Shown: positions 30,525-42,467 of the stretch, one piece after another
Position numbering within the stretch: the stretch's first letter is position 1
How the letters are laid out: each line of letters begins with the position of its first letter
Assembly: GCF_006345805.1 (NCBI RefSeq)
Contig: NC_043009.1
Span: 51,460,001 to 51,524,000, forward strand
Direction of reading: 5' to 3'
Source of the DNA: Octopus sinensis
Lineage: Eukaryota
Length of the DNA: 64,000 nt
Notes under the pieces: model-generated
Databases searched by the model: none
Seen by the model: the letters and a program-made list of their open reading frames with translations, nothing else
What the model was told of the DNA's origin: nothing
Position numbers and translations under genes: made by a program

Positions 30525-30822
30525 AAAAGTGCTATCAAATCCGAATATGCAAGCGAAGAATTTCTGCTCTCCCCTTTCCACCAGCGTGGGTTAAAATTGA
30601 CAAACACCATGTATTAACGGTGAAAATATACTGAATACTTGGTGAAATTGATTAATAATTAATTAATTTTACCCTCAATTGTTGAAATTATAATTCATCT
30701 CTCTCTGTTAAATGCTGCGGTTTTCACCGTTAATACATGGTGTTTGTCAATTTTAACCCACGCTGGTGGAAAGGGGAGAGCAGAAATTCTTCGCTTGCAT
30801 ATTCGGATTTGATAGCACTTTT
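30525..30822. repeat. Perfect 102-bp inverted repeat with a 94-nt spacer
   Basis: 30525-30626 is the exact reverse complement of 30721-30822. The spacer contains a 65-bp unit repeated at 31152-31216. Confidence 0.95.
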
Positions 30823-30909
30823 AGTTCGAGCAGAATTTCTGGAGGTGATAAGAAGCCGAAAGGGTATGCTCCCAACTTTCAGTGTTCCCAAATACGATTC
30901 AAGGAATTC

Positions 30910-30961
30910 TGAGCTGACGAAAGCAATGTCGAATTGACTAATCTAGAAACGTACGTTCTCA
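30910..30961 (+). ncRNA. Hammerhead ribozyme motif (CUGACGA core)
   Basis: TGAG CTGACGA A AG-caat-GTC-gaatt-GAC-taat-CT A GAAAC GTAC GTT CTCA: stem I TGAG/CTCA, AC/GT stem III with a palindromic GTAC loop, GUU site. The base of stem II is imperfect. Confidence 0.7.
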
Positions 30962-31208
30962 AATAAACTTTGCACTTGATTTTTTAATGTTTTTTCCCCC
31001 ATACCTTTGTGAGTTGGTTTAGGCAAGCACTATCTGAGAGAGATATTCTTTAAGTATTAGAAATAGCTGAAGAAATTTCTTTAGCTGCTATTTCTAATGA
31101 GTTCAGTATGTGGCAAAGTAATTTTGAATTCGCCTAAAATGGTCCCTTTACATACTGAATACTTGGTGAAATTGATTAATAATTAATTAATTTTACCCTC
31201 AATTGTTG

Positions 31209-31267
<59 letters not shown>

Positions 31268-31331
31268 CAAAAGAGGGGGTGTATTTCCACGCAGGAAAAT
31301 ACAGGCAAATTTGTGGTTGAAATGTACCTAA

Positions 31332-31465
31332 ATTTGGTTTACAATTTATGTGATCCTCATTTCGCCGTGTGTGCGAAGTTTGGCTTGTAACGGTGTAACA
31401 TACCGTTAGAAGCGAAAGTTCCTACACACGACGGAAAGAGGATCAGAGAATATTGTAAGCCAAAT
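31332..31465. repeat. Imperfect ~135-nt hairpin (MITE-like)
   Basis: ATTTGGTTTACAAT..TGATCCTC..CCGTGTGTG..TAACGGT pairs with ACCGTTA..CACACGACGG..GAGGATCA..ATTGTAAGCCAAAT. Confidence 0.65.
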
Positions 31466-31905
31466 CCCTATCTTTTACTATCTTGATTTCTCACTTTTTT
31501 CCTCTTAAATCAGTATAACTGAAACTTTGATGATGTTCATTCTTGTCCGTCAATACTAACACTAATGAGCATTGTACATTCAAGAAAATTAATGCATAGT
31601 TTTAATATTATTGACGGTTACGAACATTTAAATTTGTCAACATCGAAATTTTTGCAGATGTTTTTCTAATTCATAATTCTAAATTTATTTGTTATGAAAA
31701 TTTTTATTTGTCAACATTGAAACTTTTAAAGACGTTTTTAATTCATAATTCTGAATTTTTACCATTGATATACAAAAAATATTGCTGAAACTAGTTTGGT
31801 ATATATGTAGATAAATTTATTTTAAACTTGAAATTTTTATATATATTGATCGGTAGCTTCTAAAGCTTTTTTTTATTCTCTCTCTCTGTTTATTTTCTCG
31901 TGTTC

Positions 31906-31940
31906 CTTTCTGTTTAAGAGCGTAGCCTCGAAACTTAAAG
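31906..31940 (+). ncRNA. Strongly degenerate hammerhead-like motif
   Basis: CTTT CTGTTTA A GAG-cgtagc-CTC GAAAC TTA AAG: same topology as the others but with two core changes. Confidence 0.4.
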
Positions 31941-32060
31941 GACATTTTCACCTTCCCGAGCGTTAAAATATTACACATGTTTATTGCTTATACACCAGTC
32001 TTTCTGTCTTTCTCTTTTGCTTTTCTGTAAATCCCAACTATATATATATATGTATGTATA

Positions 32061-32102
<42 letters not shown>

Positions 32103-32204
32103 TATAATTAAAAAACGAAGAAAACAAAGTCAACAAGACAAAACAACCACGCAAGAATGAAGTGCATTCACAGTATTAATGAGACGCTCAGAGAAAGTGT
32201 GATT

Positions 32205-32239
32205 GTTTAACGTTTCGAGCATAGTGCTTCTTCAAAAAC
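32205..32239 (-). ncRNA. Degenerate minimal hammerhead
   Basis: Minus strand reads GTTT TTGAAGA AGCA-cta-TGCT C GAAAC GTT AAAC. The first core C is replaced by U. Confidence 0.55.
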
Positions 32240-32356
32240 AGGAGACATAGAAAAGTTAAAAAGAAACGAAACAAGGAGGAAAAAATTCGCCAACTGTCCA
32301 TGTTTAGTTACATTTTTGAAATGACCGGAAGTAAATGGAGATAGAGAATGTGCTTT

Positions 32357-33240
32357 TTAGGACAGGAGAGTGTGAAGAATGGTTGGTATCTGTCTGTATG
32401 TGTGGATGTGTGTGCGTTTGTGTATGGTGGCATGTGCGAGTGTGTGTGTGTGATAGCGTGTGTGTGTTGGCATGTGTACGTAGACAGAATTAGAAAGTAG
32501 GCCTGCGTCCCACTCTCTCTGTGTCACCCTCTCTCTCTCTGTATATGTATGTCTGTCTTTGTGTATTCGTGTGTGCGTGTGGTGATGTGTATGTGTATGT
32601 GCGTGTGAGTGAGTGTGGAAGTGTATGCATGTGTATGTATGCAGGTGTGTGCATGTATGTGCGTTGTATATGTGGAGGATTGTGCGCGTGGGGCAATATG
32701 AGCGTGCATGTGTGTGTGCGTGCGTGTGTATGTGTGAGAGGTTGTGTGTGTGGAGGTACATGTGCGTTCGTTTGTGTTTGCGTGAGCCTGTGTGTATGCG
32801 TGCGTGAATGTGTATATGCACGTGTGTGAGAGGGTGAGAGGTGTTGGGTGGAATGTGGTTGAATTGTCTGAGGGTGTGTGTAGCTGTGTGAACGGATGAG
32901 GGTGGTTATGTGGGTGTTGGCATGAGTGCGTGGACGGAGTGGGAATGTGTACATGTGTGTGAGTGAGTATATTTTTGTGTGTCGTTCTGTCACGCGCGCT
33001 CTGTGTGTATATATGTTTGTGAATGTGTGTACCTATCTCTGTGTGTCACACTTTTACATGCGTGTGTGGAAATGTATATATAAGTGTGTATATGAGTGTG
33101 TGCCCTGTGTGCTTCTTGTGTGTGGAGGGTTGCGTGCGTTCGTGTGTGTGTGTGGAAGGTTGTGAGTACGTGCCTGTATGTGTGTCGTGGGTGAGAGGGA
33201 GATTGGTGGTAGTATGTCGTGCGTGGTGTGTGGTATAGGA
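32357..33240. repeat. ~900-bp GT-rich cryptic (decayed) dinucleotide repeat
   Basis: Strong G/T strand bias without a fixed period; source of His/Thr- and Val/Cys-rich pseudo-ORFs. Confidence 0.9.
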
Positions 33241-33422
33241 ATAGGTGGTGAAAATACATACAAATAATAAGTAGTACAAATTATACCATTAATAAGTAAG
33301 AATTGGTAAGATAAATCCATAAAAGAAAACGAGTAGGGGAACAAATCAGAAATAAATAAAAAAAAAAAATATCAAATGAAAAATAAAAAGATGAAAAGCA
33401 GAATATAATAAAAATTAAATAT

Positions 33423-33812
33423 AGGCGCAGAAGTGGCTGTGTGGTAAGTAGCTTGCTAACCAGCCACATGGTTCCGGGTTCAGTCCCACTGCGTGGCACC
33501 TTGGGCAAGTGTCTTCTACTATAGCCTCGGGCCGACCAATGCCTTGTGAGTGGATTTGGTAGACGGAAACTGAAAGAAGCCTGTCGCATATATGTATATA
33601 TATGTATGTTTTTGTGTCTGTGTTTGTCTCCCTAGCATTGCTTGACAACCGATGCTGGTGTGTTTACGTCCCCGTCACCTAGCGGTTCGGCAAAAAAGAC
33701 TGATAGAATAAATACTACGCTTACAAAGAATAAGTCCTAGGGTCGATTTGCTCGACTAAAGGCGATGCTCCAGCATGGCCGCAGTCAAATGACTGAAACA
33801 AGTAAAAGAGTA
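33423..33812 (+). mobile_element. Full-length SINE C
   Basis: AGGCGCAGAAGTGGCTGTGTGGTAAG...GACTGAAACAAGTAAAAGAG. Confidence 0.95.
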
Positions 33813-34206
33813 ATACATAATAAATAATATGATAATAAAATAAATAAAACTTAAATGATAAAATGGATAAAAAATAAAGAATAAAAAGATAAAGGCAAAT
33901 AAATAAATACATAAAATTAAAGGATCAAAATAAACAAGTACAACAGTAACAAATAAACAAAAAAACACGGATAAAAATATGAATAACAAATAATCGAATA
34001 AAAATAAAAGATTAAACGATCGAAAATCGATAAAGGTTATAAAAAAATCAATAAAAATAATTAATAAATGAGTGAAATATATATAACTTACTTGGAAAAG
34101 ATGCATGGCGTTCGATCATCTAATAATATAAATAATATATAACTATATGTATATATACATATATGTACATACCTACATATATATGCATATATACATATAT
34201 ATATAT

Positions 34207-35900
34207 GGGTACAGGACATTAAAAAACGTTGAACACAATGATAAACGAAAACAAAAACTAAACACAGAAAACGAACCTTTTTTTCGAACAATGAAAAAAA
34301 ACCCCAGAGAAACGAGACATGCAGCATAAAGAATATTCCCTTTCATCACTTGTTCCTGTTTCATCAACTCCGCGTTATGAAGGCAAGGACAATACGCGAC
34401 TTCGTTGAAACAGTACTTCCCGCAAAGCAAATTAAATAAAATTTGGGATTTTTTGCGGAGGGTGAAAGTGGTAACAAGAACAGGACAGTGAGAACAAAAC
34501 AGTAAAAACAGACGGTGAGGGCTGTTAAACCAAGACGATAGAAACATTATTATGAACGCTATGGAAACGACGAGCTTATGAGAGGAGACAGGTACAAGCA
34601 CGTGTTGTCTTTAGGAAGGAAATGGGCATTATTATACATACATTCCCTGAATGTATGTATAATAATATTTAATTTGTCTATATGTATTCTCTGCACCTAC
34701 ACATTGCTCCCGTCCTCTGTGATCTCTTAGATTTGTTTTCAATGACGTTCTTGTGGTGAACACTGGCATTTATCATTTTTCACCGTATATATTCTACACA
34801 TCCAGTATCATTAAATTTACTCTGTCCTTCAATCTGTTAACCAGTATTATGAAATTCGACGAAAATCCGCCTGGCATCTCAAGCGTTTAGAGGAACCGTA
34901 TCGTGATTTCTTTAGTCATTGTATTTTCCAATTAATCCTTTTGTATCATGTAATGACGCAAGATATTTTTCGGCATTCTAATTGAGAGATAAAGCAGCGA
35001 TTGCAATTCTTTGCCATCTAAGCTCAGCTTTCAATAGTTTTATCTTAAAACCGCTTAAGCTTTAGTTTGTCTGTTGTGAGATATACCACAGATTATTTCT
35101 TTGATTCTATCAGATTCCATTTCATGTGCCATTCCTCCTTTCCCCTTGCAGTCTGTTTATCCAATTACACTTCCCTTCAAAACCAAAATGTTTCATTTTC
35201 TTTGCAACTCCAAGAATGCTTTTCTTGACCACACTCTTTTATTAATAATCTTCCTTGTCACACATTGTCATATGTAGTTCCATGCCAATTTTTCATTCCT
35301 TTTTCCATATTGACTTCAATCATAAGAAATGTTTCTATCTGTTATATTAACTCCAAAGGCGGTGAGCTGGCAGAAATGCTTAGCAGTATTTCGTCTGCCG
35401 TTACGTTCTGAGTTCAAATTCCGCCGAGGTCGACTCTGCCTTTCATCCTTTCGGGGTCATGCACTGGGTTCGATATAATCGACTTCATCCGTCTGTCTAT
35501 CCTTGTTTGTCTCCTTTGTGTTTAGCCCCTTGTGGGTAGTAAAGAAATAAGTATTTCGTCTGTCTCTATGTTCTGAGTTCAAATTCGGCCGGGGTCGACT
35601 TTGCCTTTCATCCTTTAGGGGTCGATAAATTGAATACCAGTCGCGTACTGGGGTCGATCTAATCGACTGGACCCTCCCCCAAAATTTCGAGCCTTGTGCC
35701 TGTAGTAGAAGAGAATATTAGTTTGGCCGCGTCCCTCCATTCTAGTTTAATCCACTCGAATTTCATAGTTTTCCTTTATTTTTAACTATATGTCTAACTT
35801 CTTGTTGATTATTCGTTCCCCAACCCCTTCTCTGTCTCTGTAACGTACCTTCTTTGTGTAAACCAACTTGATTAAATAAAAATTCGGTTATATTAACACC
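34207..35900 (-). mobile_element. Probable downstream body and terminal repeat of the same PLE, ending at a (TA)n array; interrupted by a SINE
   Basis: Purine-rich on the minus strand and continuous with the RT fragment. The terminal 400 bp ends in ...TGTCCTGTACCC(ATAT)n. No clear protein motif was recovered, so this is inference. Confidence 0.4.
35356..35713 (+). mobile_element. SINE A dimer (tail 1 unit + tail 2 unit)
   Basis: Junction AAAGAAATAAGTATTTCGTC at about 35541-35560. Confidence 0.9.
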
Positions 35901-36209
35901 AAATAATTCATGTAGCATCTATTTAAGGTTCTCTATTTATCAAATGGTAAAATCTACCTTCCTAAATCTACATCATTTATAGTACACCTGATGAACTCTT
36001 TCGGTTTATCTTTCTTTAATGCTAATATAGCCATTGTATATTATTTTAGATAAAAAGAACATTTCGCCATTGTTAAGTGATATATACTTATATTTATTTT
36101 TACATTAAGCTTAAACATACTCATCTCCAATAGATTTTAATTTAGATTAGATTGTATTATAGAAAAATCATACACAAGCATTGACTTAAGTCGTAAGGTG
36201 CAAAACAAG

Positions 36210-36630
36210 TTATCCTAAGAATTCTGAGCAACATCTGATACACCACATGAAACTCACTCCGGAACTCTTGTAATTGGCATTACAATACCAAACAAAATTC
36301 TTCCATATAAATTTCAATGCACTAATAACTAAAATCGTTATTGCTTTACTTGTATTTTTAGTATCCCTTGCTATGAATCTAATTTTATGTGCTGTGGTAT
36401 ATATTTTCGGTAACCGAAAACGCTGAGTTATACAATTTTCCCTTTTATGCATTTCATTCCCATCTAATTGTTTAATTTTAATCGTTATTCTTTAATTTAA
36501 GGTCTTCAATGTTCGTATTAGCAAATTCATACGTGATATCATCATGGAAATTATACTCCTTATTTATTCCTAATTCCAGTGCTAATGTCATACTATAATA
36601 TTTCTCACAAAAAATCATACCTAACGAAAT
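36210..36630 (-). mobile_element. Penelope-like element (PLE) reverse transcriptase, N-terminal fragment, decayed
   Basis: IFCEKYYSMTLALELGI...TY, then RLPKIYTTAHKIRFIARDTKNTSK..ALKFI...F..YCN..Y.SSGVSFMWCI..SEFL. This parallels the PLE RT motifs CKKYY..ELG, LPK.HK...RFIA, and YC..SG.N.MW.I.NS.E.L. Confidence 0.75.
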
Positions 36631-36867
36631 TATGTATGCCCGTCATTTTTTAAATTAAGTATGCTCGTCATTTTTTAAAGTTACTTCTTTTCACACGCTC
36701 ACACACGCAGACACACACACACACGCACGTACACACAAACACACACACACACATACACACACACACACACTCACTCTCTCACTCACTCACTCACTCACTC
36801 ACTCCCTTTCTTACACGTAAATATATATATGTATATATTCATATATGCATGTATATATGAATGAATG

Positions 36868-37080
36868 TACAAGGTGGTATCAAAATGTTCGTGGACTAGT
36901 TCTGTAGCATGTCAACAGATGGCAGCACATGGTTGAGTGGGCAATGAGAACTAGCAGTGACCTTCCTGAGGCAGTGTGCCGATTGACATCACTGTGTTTA
37001 CCACACATGTTGTAAAGTTTGTGTTTTTTGTGATCAGTCGCATGCTGTAGTCTGCGATTTTAGTCATGGAACATTACATC
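36868..37080 (+). mobile_element. Probable mariner-type left-end fragment
   Basis: Starts TACAAGGTGGTATCAAAATGTTCGTGGACTAG, resembling a mariner TIR after a TA. No coding continuity seen. Confidence 0.45.
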
Positions 37081-37691
37081 CTCGCATGTGACCCACTCTA
37101 TCCAATATTCTGAAAAAGCTAATTCTGCTTGAGAATTACATGTATAACCACACTGCGGAATACTCCACCACTTACACACGTCCATTCAATGAGTAGACAA
37201 GTAGCCCAGTAGATTGAATAACTGGAAAATTCATCGGCAAAACAGACGAAGATCCATTTAACGATTGCTTTCGGTTTTACATGAGTGTGGATATAATTGA
37301 GACGGTTTTAACCGTAGTACGTTTAGGTTTCATTATGTATTATCGCATTATTTACTTTTTCGATTTTCTCTTTATTCCCAGCGTTAATCCCGTGTCATTA
37401 TTTCCCCACGTCACGACTTTTAGTAGTCGTTATCAACTCTCTGTTCTCTCATGTATGGATTTATGCATGTATGCAAATATGTACGTATCTGTCTGTCTGT
37501 CTATCTTTATAGACACACATCCATTTGTTTGTGTATTCGTCCTCTACCCTCTACCCTTTACACCTTCTCTCACGTTCTCTGTATCATTTCCCTTTTCTTT
37601 TCCTTTAGAAACATACTGAAAACAATCTTTTGCATTTTCTCCATTTCCTATACCTTTCCTGCTCACCACTCCCTCTCTCTTTCTATCCCTT

Positions 37692-37768
<77 letters not shown>

Positions 37769-37784
37769 ATACACATATATATAC

Positions 37785-37859
<75 letters not shown>

Positions 37860-37914
37860 CTATACATCTATATACATATATATACATATACATACATATA
37901 TATATATATATATC

Positions 37915-37955
<41 letters not shown>

Positions 37956-37959
37956 GTGT

Positions 37960-37993
<34 letters not shown>

Positions 37994-38205
37994 CCTCCCA
38001 TATCTATGCAAAGAGATACACACGTACATAAACACGTACACAGATATGTCCATATATAAATATATGCATTTGTCATTTGTTTTCCATAATCATAGTTATA
38101 TTTTCACAAATTTTTCCGTTTAAACACATACAAAAGCATATGCACTTATTCTTCTCTTGGTCTGTAATGCCTAACTAACACATACGCACTCACAGTCATT
38201 CTCTG

Positions 38206-38245
<40 letters not shown>

Positions 38246-38794
38246 CCTTTGATTTTCTCTCCCTCTTTGATTTTTTTACTCTTTTTGATTTTCTCACTCT
38301 TTCTCCTCTTAATTAGCCTTACTTTTTCGCACATTGATTTATAACACGTATGAATCCTCACCCTGATTGTTTATCCTTTCAGACATAGTATCCAAATTTC
38401 TTCAAATCATACACAAAAACCTTAAAATATAAAATATTTGATAATACAGTTCGCGATGTACGCACAAAAACACACACACACAAAAGCAAGACCTGTGGGT
38501 TACAATACCTTTGATCATGAGTCTGCTTGGTGATACTTGGCGAATGGTGTAACGACGATGAGGAAATAATCGCTCTATAGTTATCTCTACCTAGGCAAAT
38601 ATAAAACAGAATAATGGTTTTGTACCCTCTGATGCACAAAAATACAGTCAAGAAGCAACAAATCAGTGAAATTACATCCATACATACACTTGTTGATGAC
38701 GCGGCTTTTGCACGGAAATTTAAATTTTATCGACACGAGAGTAAAAATGTATGAGGAGAATAGTATTACAATAATAAAAAAAAACTACTATGTA

Positions 38795-39196
38795 CTCTCT
38801 TTTACTCTTTTACTCTTTTACTTGTTTCAGTCATTTTGACTGCGGCCATGCTGGAGCACCGCCTTTAATCGAGCAACTCGACCCCAGGACTTATTCTTTG
38901 TAAGCCCAGTACTTATTCTATCGGTCTCTTTTGCCGAACCGCTAGGTGACGGAGACGTAAACACACCAGCATCGGTTGTCAAGCAATGCTAGGGAGACAA
39001 ACACAGACACACAAACACACACACGCATATATATATATATATATAAATATATATACATATATACGACAGCCTTCTTTCAGTTTCCGTCTACCAAATCCAC
39101 TCACAAGGCTTTGGTCGGCCCGAGGTTATAGCAGAAGACACTTGCCCAAGGTGCCACGCAGTGGGACTGAACCCGGAACCATGTGGCTGGTTAGCA
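38795..39196 (-). mobile_element. SINE C, slightly 5'-truncated
   Basis: Tail with repeated CTCTTTTA units, core and partial head. Confidence 0.9.
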
Positions 39197-39391
39197 AAAC
39201 AAAACATTTTGTCGTCCTTGTGATGCGTGTGATATTATTCTCCAGCATTTCGCGTTACTGATATCGATTTCTTACCTTTGCTAAATTTTAACACAAAACA
39301 TAGAAAATACAAACTAAATGCTTTCTTTTTAATAAATCCATTTACTGTTCCCGAAATTCCACCGCTTTTAGCGTAAGATATATTGAATAAT

Positions 39392-39696
39392 GTGGAGGCG
39401 CAATGGCCTAGTTGTTAGGGCAGCGGAGTTGCGGTCGTAGGATCGCGGTTTCGATTCCCAGGCCGAGCGTTGTGAGTGTTTATCGAGCCGAAAACACATA
39501 AAGCTCCACGAGACTCCGGCAGGAGAGTGGTGGGGATCCCTGCTGTTCTTTTTCGCCACAACTTTCTCTCACTCTTTCTTCTGTTGGCCTGCTCGCTTAC
39601 CCAACGTCATTTGAAGGCTTAAACAATGTGAAGCGCATTGTGACCAGCGATGTGTAGCAACAACTGCTAGCCTGGTCGGTCACGATGATCACGGCG
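39392..39696 (+). mobile_element. SINE B head with (CACGGTGAT)-type tail, 12-bp TSD
   Basis: TSD ATATTGAATAAT at 39380-39391 and 39697-39708. Confidence 0.9.
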
Positions 39697-39779
39697 ATAT
39701 TGAATAATATATTTTTTGTGATTCTGAATTGCAAGGTCCGTGAAGTAGTTGAATCATTAGTGCGACGGACAAAAATACT

Positions 39780-40223
39780 TAGGGGGATTTCATTCAACTT
39801 TACGTTCAAATTTCGCCGACGTTGACTTTAAGATTCTTCCTTTCTGAGTCGACAAAATAAGTATCAGTTGAACATCGGGGTCGATGTATTCGATTAGTCA
39901 CCCGCTCCCGCAAAAAAAACAAAAAAAAAACACACAAAAAAAAACATTTCAAACTTTTTGCATAGGGTAGAAAAGTTTATTCAAATATACAAAGGTGGCG
40001 TGCTGGTAGAATCATTACCGAGCCGGACAAAATGCTTAAGGTCATTTCGTCCGTATTTATATTCTGAGTTCAAATTTCGCCGAGGTCAAATTTATGTTTC
40101 AGCCTTTTTGGATCGATAAATTCATTCACAAGACTTTGGTAGAAGATACTTGCCCAAGGTGTCACGCAGTGGAACTGAATCCGGAACCTTGTGGTTGGGA
40201 AGCAAGCTTCTTACCAGTCACTC

Positions 40224-40225
<2 letters not shown>
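39780..40225. mobile_element. Cluster of old SINE A fragments (plus) and a SINE C head (minus)
   Basis: Diverged TTCAAATTTCGCCGA boxes and CTTGCCCAAGGTGTCACGCAGTGG. Confidence 0.7.
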
Positions 40226-40274
<49 letters not shown>

Positions 40275-40293
40275 CTTTATAATAATAATTACT

Positions 40294-40740
40294 AAGTTTC
40301 TTAATTCTTTCGAATTTCCTGGAATGCCTTCTCAAAAAACTGACACAGAAAAAAGGAGTTCCAAATCATACTCTTGAGAAATCTGGATTCCCCCAAAGCT
40401 GTGTAATGGAACAAGGCTGATTGTTAGGCAAATGCATCCACATCGTTTGGAAACTACAATCTTCAATGGACAAGGAATGGGACAAAATGTGTTTATTTCA
40501 AGAATTCCTCTGATTCGAGCAGAGTCCCCTTTGAATTCAAGAGACTTCAATTTCCAGTAAGAGTTAGTTTTGCGATGGCAATTAAGCAGAGTGAAGGACA
40601 ATCACTTAAAATTGCTGAACTTCACCTCATGCAGCACTGCTTTCCCCATGGACAGGTCTATGCTGGTTGTACCAGAGTTGGAAATGGTAACAATCTCTTC
40701 ATATTCCCACCAAACGGTAAAACCAAGCATTTTATTTTTC
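40294..40740 (+). mobile_element. Helitron PIF1-like helicase C-terminal fragment (pseudogenised)
   Basis: Across frameshifts: FLNSFEFPGMP..LLRNLDSPKLCNGTRLIV..VFISRIPL..PFEFKRLQFPVRVSFAMAI...EGQSL..CFPHGQVY..C.RVG..NL. Matches Helitron helicase motifs. Confidence 0.9.
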
Positions 40741-41600
40741 CGATCAAATATTTTTACAATCCCACCGTTATCAACCTAAGAAATATAGGTTTCCAATTTT
40801 GGCACAAAGGATGAACAATTAAGTCGACCTCGGCGGAACATAACGACGAACAAAAGACACTGGAAGCCTTTTTCCCAGTGTGCTAACGATTTTTGTCAGC
40901 TCAACGCGCTCAACCTAAGAAATATTTTATTGTTAAAATCATCTTGTAATATTCAAGTAATTTACCACCAATTCAAATTTTAAATGAGAAATAAATAAAC
41001 GCAAAAATTGTATATATATGTGTGTGTATTCATGTATTCATGTATATATATTCGTTAATATCACCTCACATCTAATACACAAAAGAAAGCCATACATATA
41101 TATATATGTATACATATATATATATATGTATGTATATACATATAGATGTAAATAAATACATATTTATACATATATACATACCTACATAAACATACACATA
41201 CATATACACACATCCATAGTGATCATTAAAGAAGCCAAACTGTTGACTTCTTATTTCAACTGTTGCTAAGATACCGAGAGAAGTTTCAAATAATTAATAA
41301 ATCAATTAGGCAAACAGACACGAAATATGCGCTGCTGATCAATGTTTTTGTTATTTAACCTTAGTGTAGAACATCCAGAAAATATATCGGTTAAATGTAC
41401 GTCTACGACCATGGCATCTTGTTAAGGGTAACAAGGTCGACAATATACAATACAGTACTTCTTTTATTATGATATCGCAATTCGATTGTGATTTAGCTGC
41501 TATTTCTTAACAAAACTAGAAAGTGTGGAGTTATTAATTCGTTCTTCATTTTATTCACCACTGGTTTGATATTTCACCACGTATGAACTACACGTTTTTA

Positions 41601-41975
41601 GGAGGCGCAATGGCCCAGTGGTTAGGGTAGCGAACTCGCGGTCATAGGATCGCGGTTTCGATTCCCAGACCGGACGTTGTAAGTGGCTGAGCACTCCACA
41701 GACACGTGTACCCTTAACGCAGTTCTCGGGGATATTCAGCGTGACACAGAGAGTGACAAGGCTGGCCCTTTGAAATACAGGTACAACAGAAACAGGAAGT
41801 AAGAGTGAGAGAAAGTTGTGGTGAAAGAGTACAGCAGGGTTCACCACCATCCCTGCCGGAGCCTCGTGGAGCTTTAGGTGTTTTCGCTCGATAAACACTC
41901 ACGACGAGTGAATCGAAACCGCGATCCTACGACCGCGAGTCCGCTGCCCTAACCACTGGGCCATTGCGCCTCCAC
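41601..41975. mobile_element. Rearranged SINE B with two inward-facing tRNA heads
   Basis: Plus-strand head at 41601-41680, then minus-strand body to ~41905 and minus-strand head at 41911-41975. Confidence 0.9.
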
Positions 41976-42320
41976 AGTGTGTAGTAAGAGATCAATAAAT
42001 GTACATATAATAGAAACTTATGACTATACATTCTCTTATTTCCGATTTTCACTGAGGCTCGGATAGTTTTGTATTTCAACAGCGCATTTATTTGTAAAGT
42101 TAACTAGAAATATAAACGTGGACGAACTAACCGGAAGTTTTCTAAAATTTTGTTCGACCTGCTAGAATATTCAGTAGTATATCACAGTAATCAAATCATA
42201 CCTTGCTAAAAAGTATCAGTGCACACTTCATTGTATAGTCTCGGATAAACATGGAAAATGAAAATGATAACTGTTTGGGGGGGGGGCCTTTCATCATAAA
42301 TCTTGTTCATACGTGCACAG

Positions 42321-42376
42321 AATCAACGACAACGTCGATAGCGTTTGCTGCAGCTGTGCCGTACGGATGTTTTCAG
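42321..42376 (+). CDS. Candidate exon, frame ambiguous
   Basis: cgtgcacag|...CAG|gtgaga; GC-richer than its flanks; two frames are open. Confidence 0.3.
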
Positions 42377-42467
42377 GTGAGATCAAAAGAGCTAACGATA
42401 AATAAACGATCCTGCTCTTGTTTTACCGACGCGAGAGATAAACATGAAACAATACGTAGGTAAGTTA

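Noticed and set aside
34330-34420. Structured segment in the PLE terminal region as a hammerhead
   Set aside because: Pairing is visible (TCAAC/GTTGA, GAAG/CTTC), but neither CUGANGA nor GAAA is present in the right order in this copy.
35988-36010. CACCTGATGAA resembling a hammerhead core
   Set aside because: No stem II or GAAA follows, and it lies within the antisense of decayed PLE sequence.
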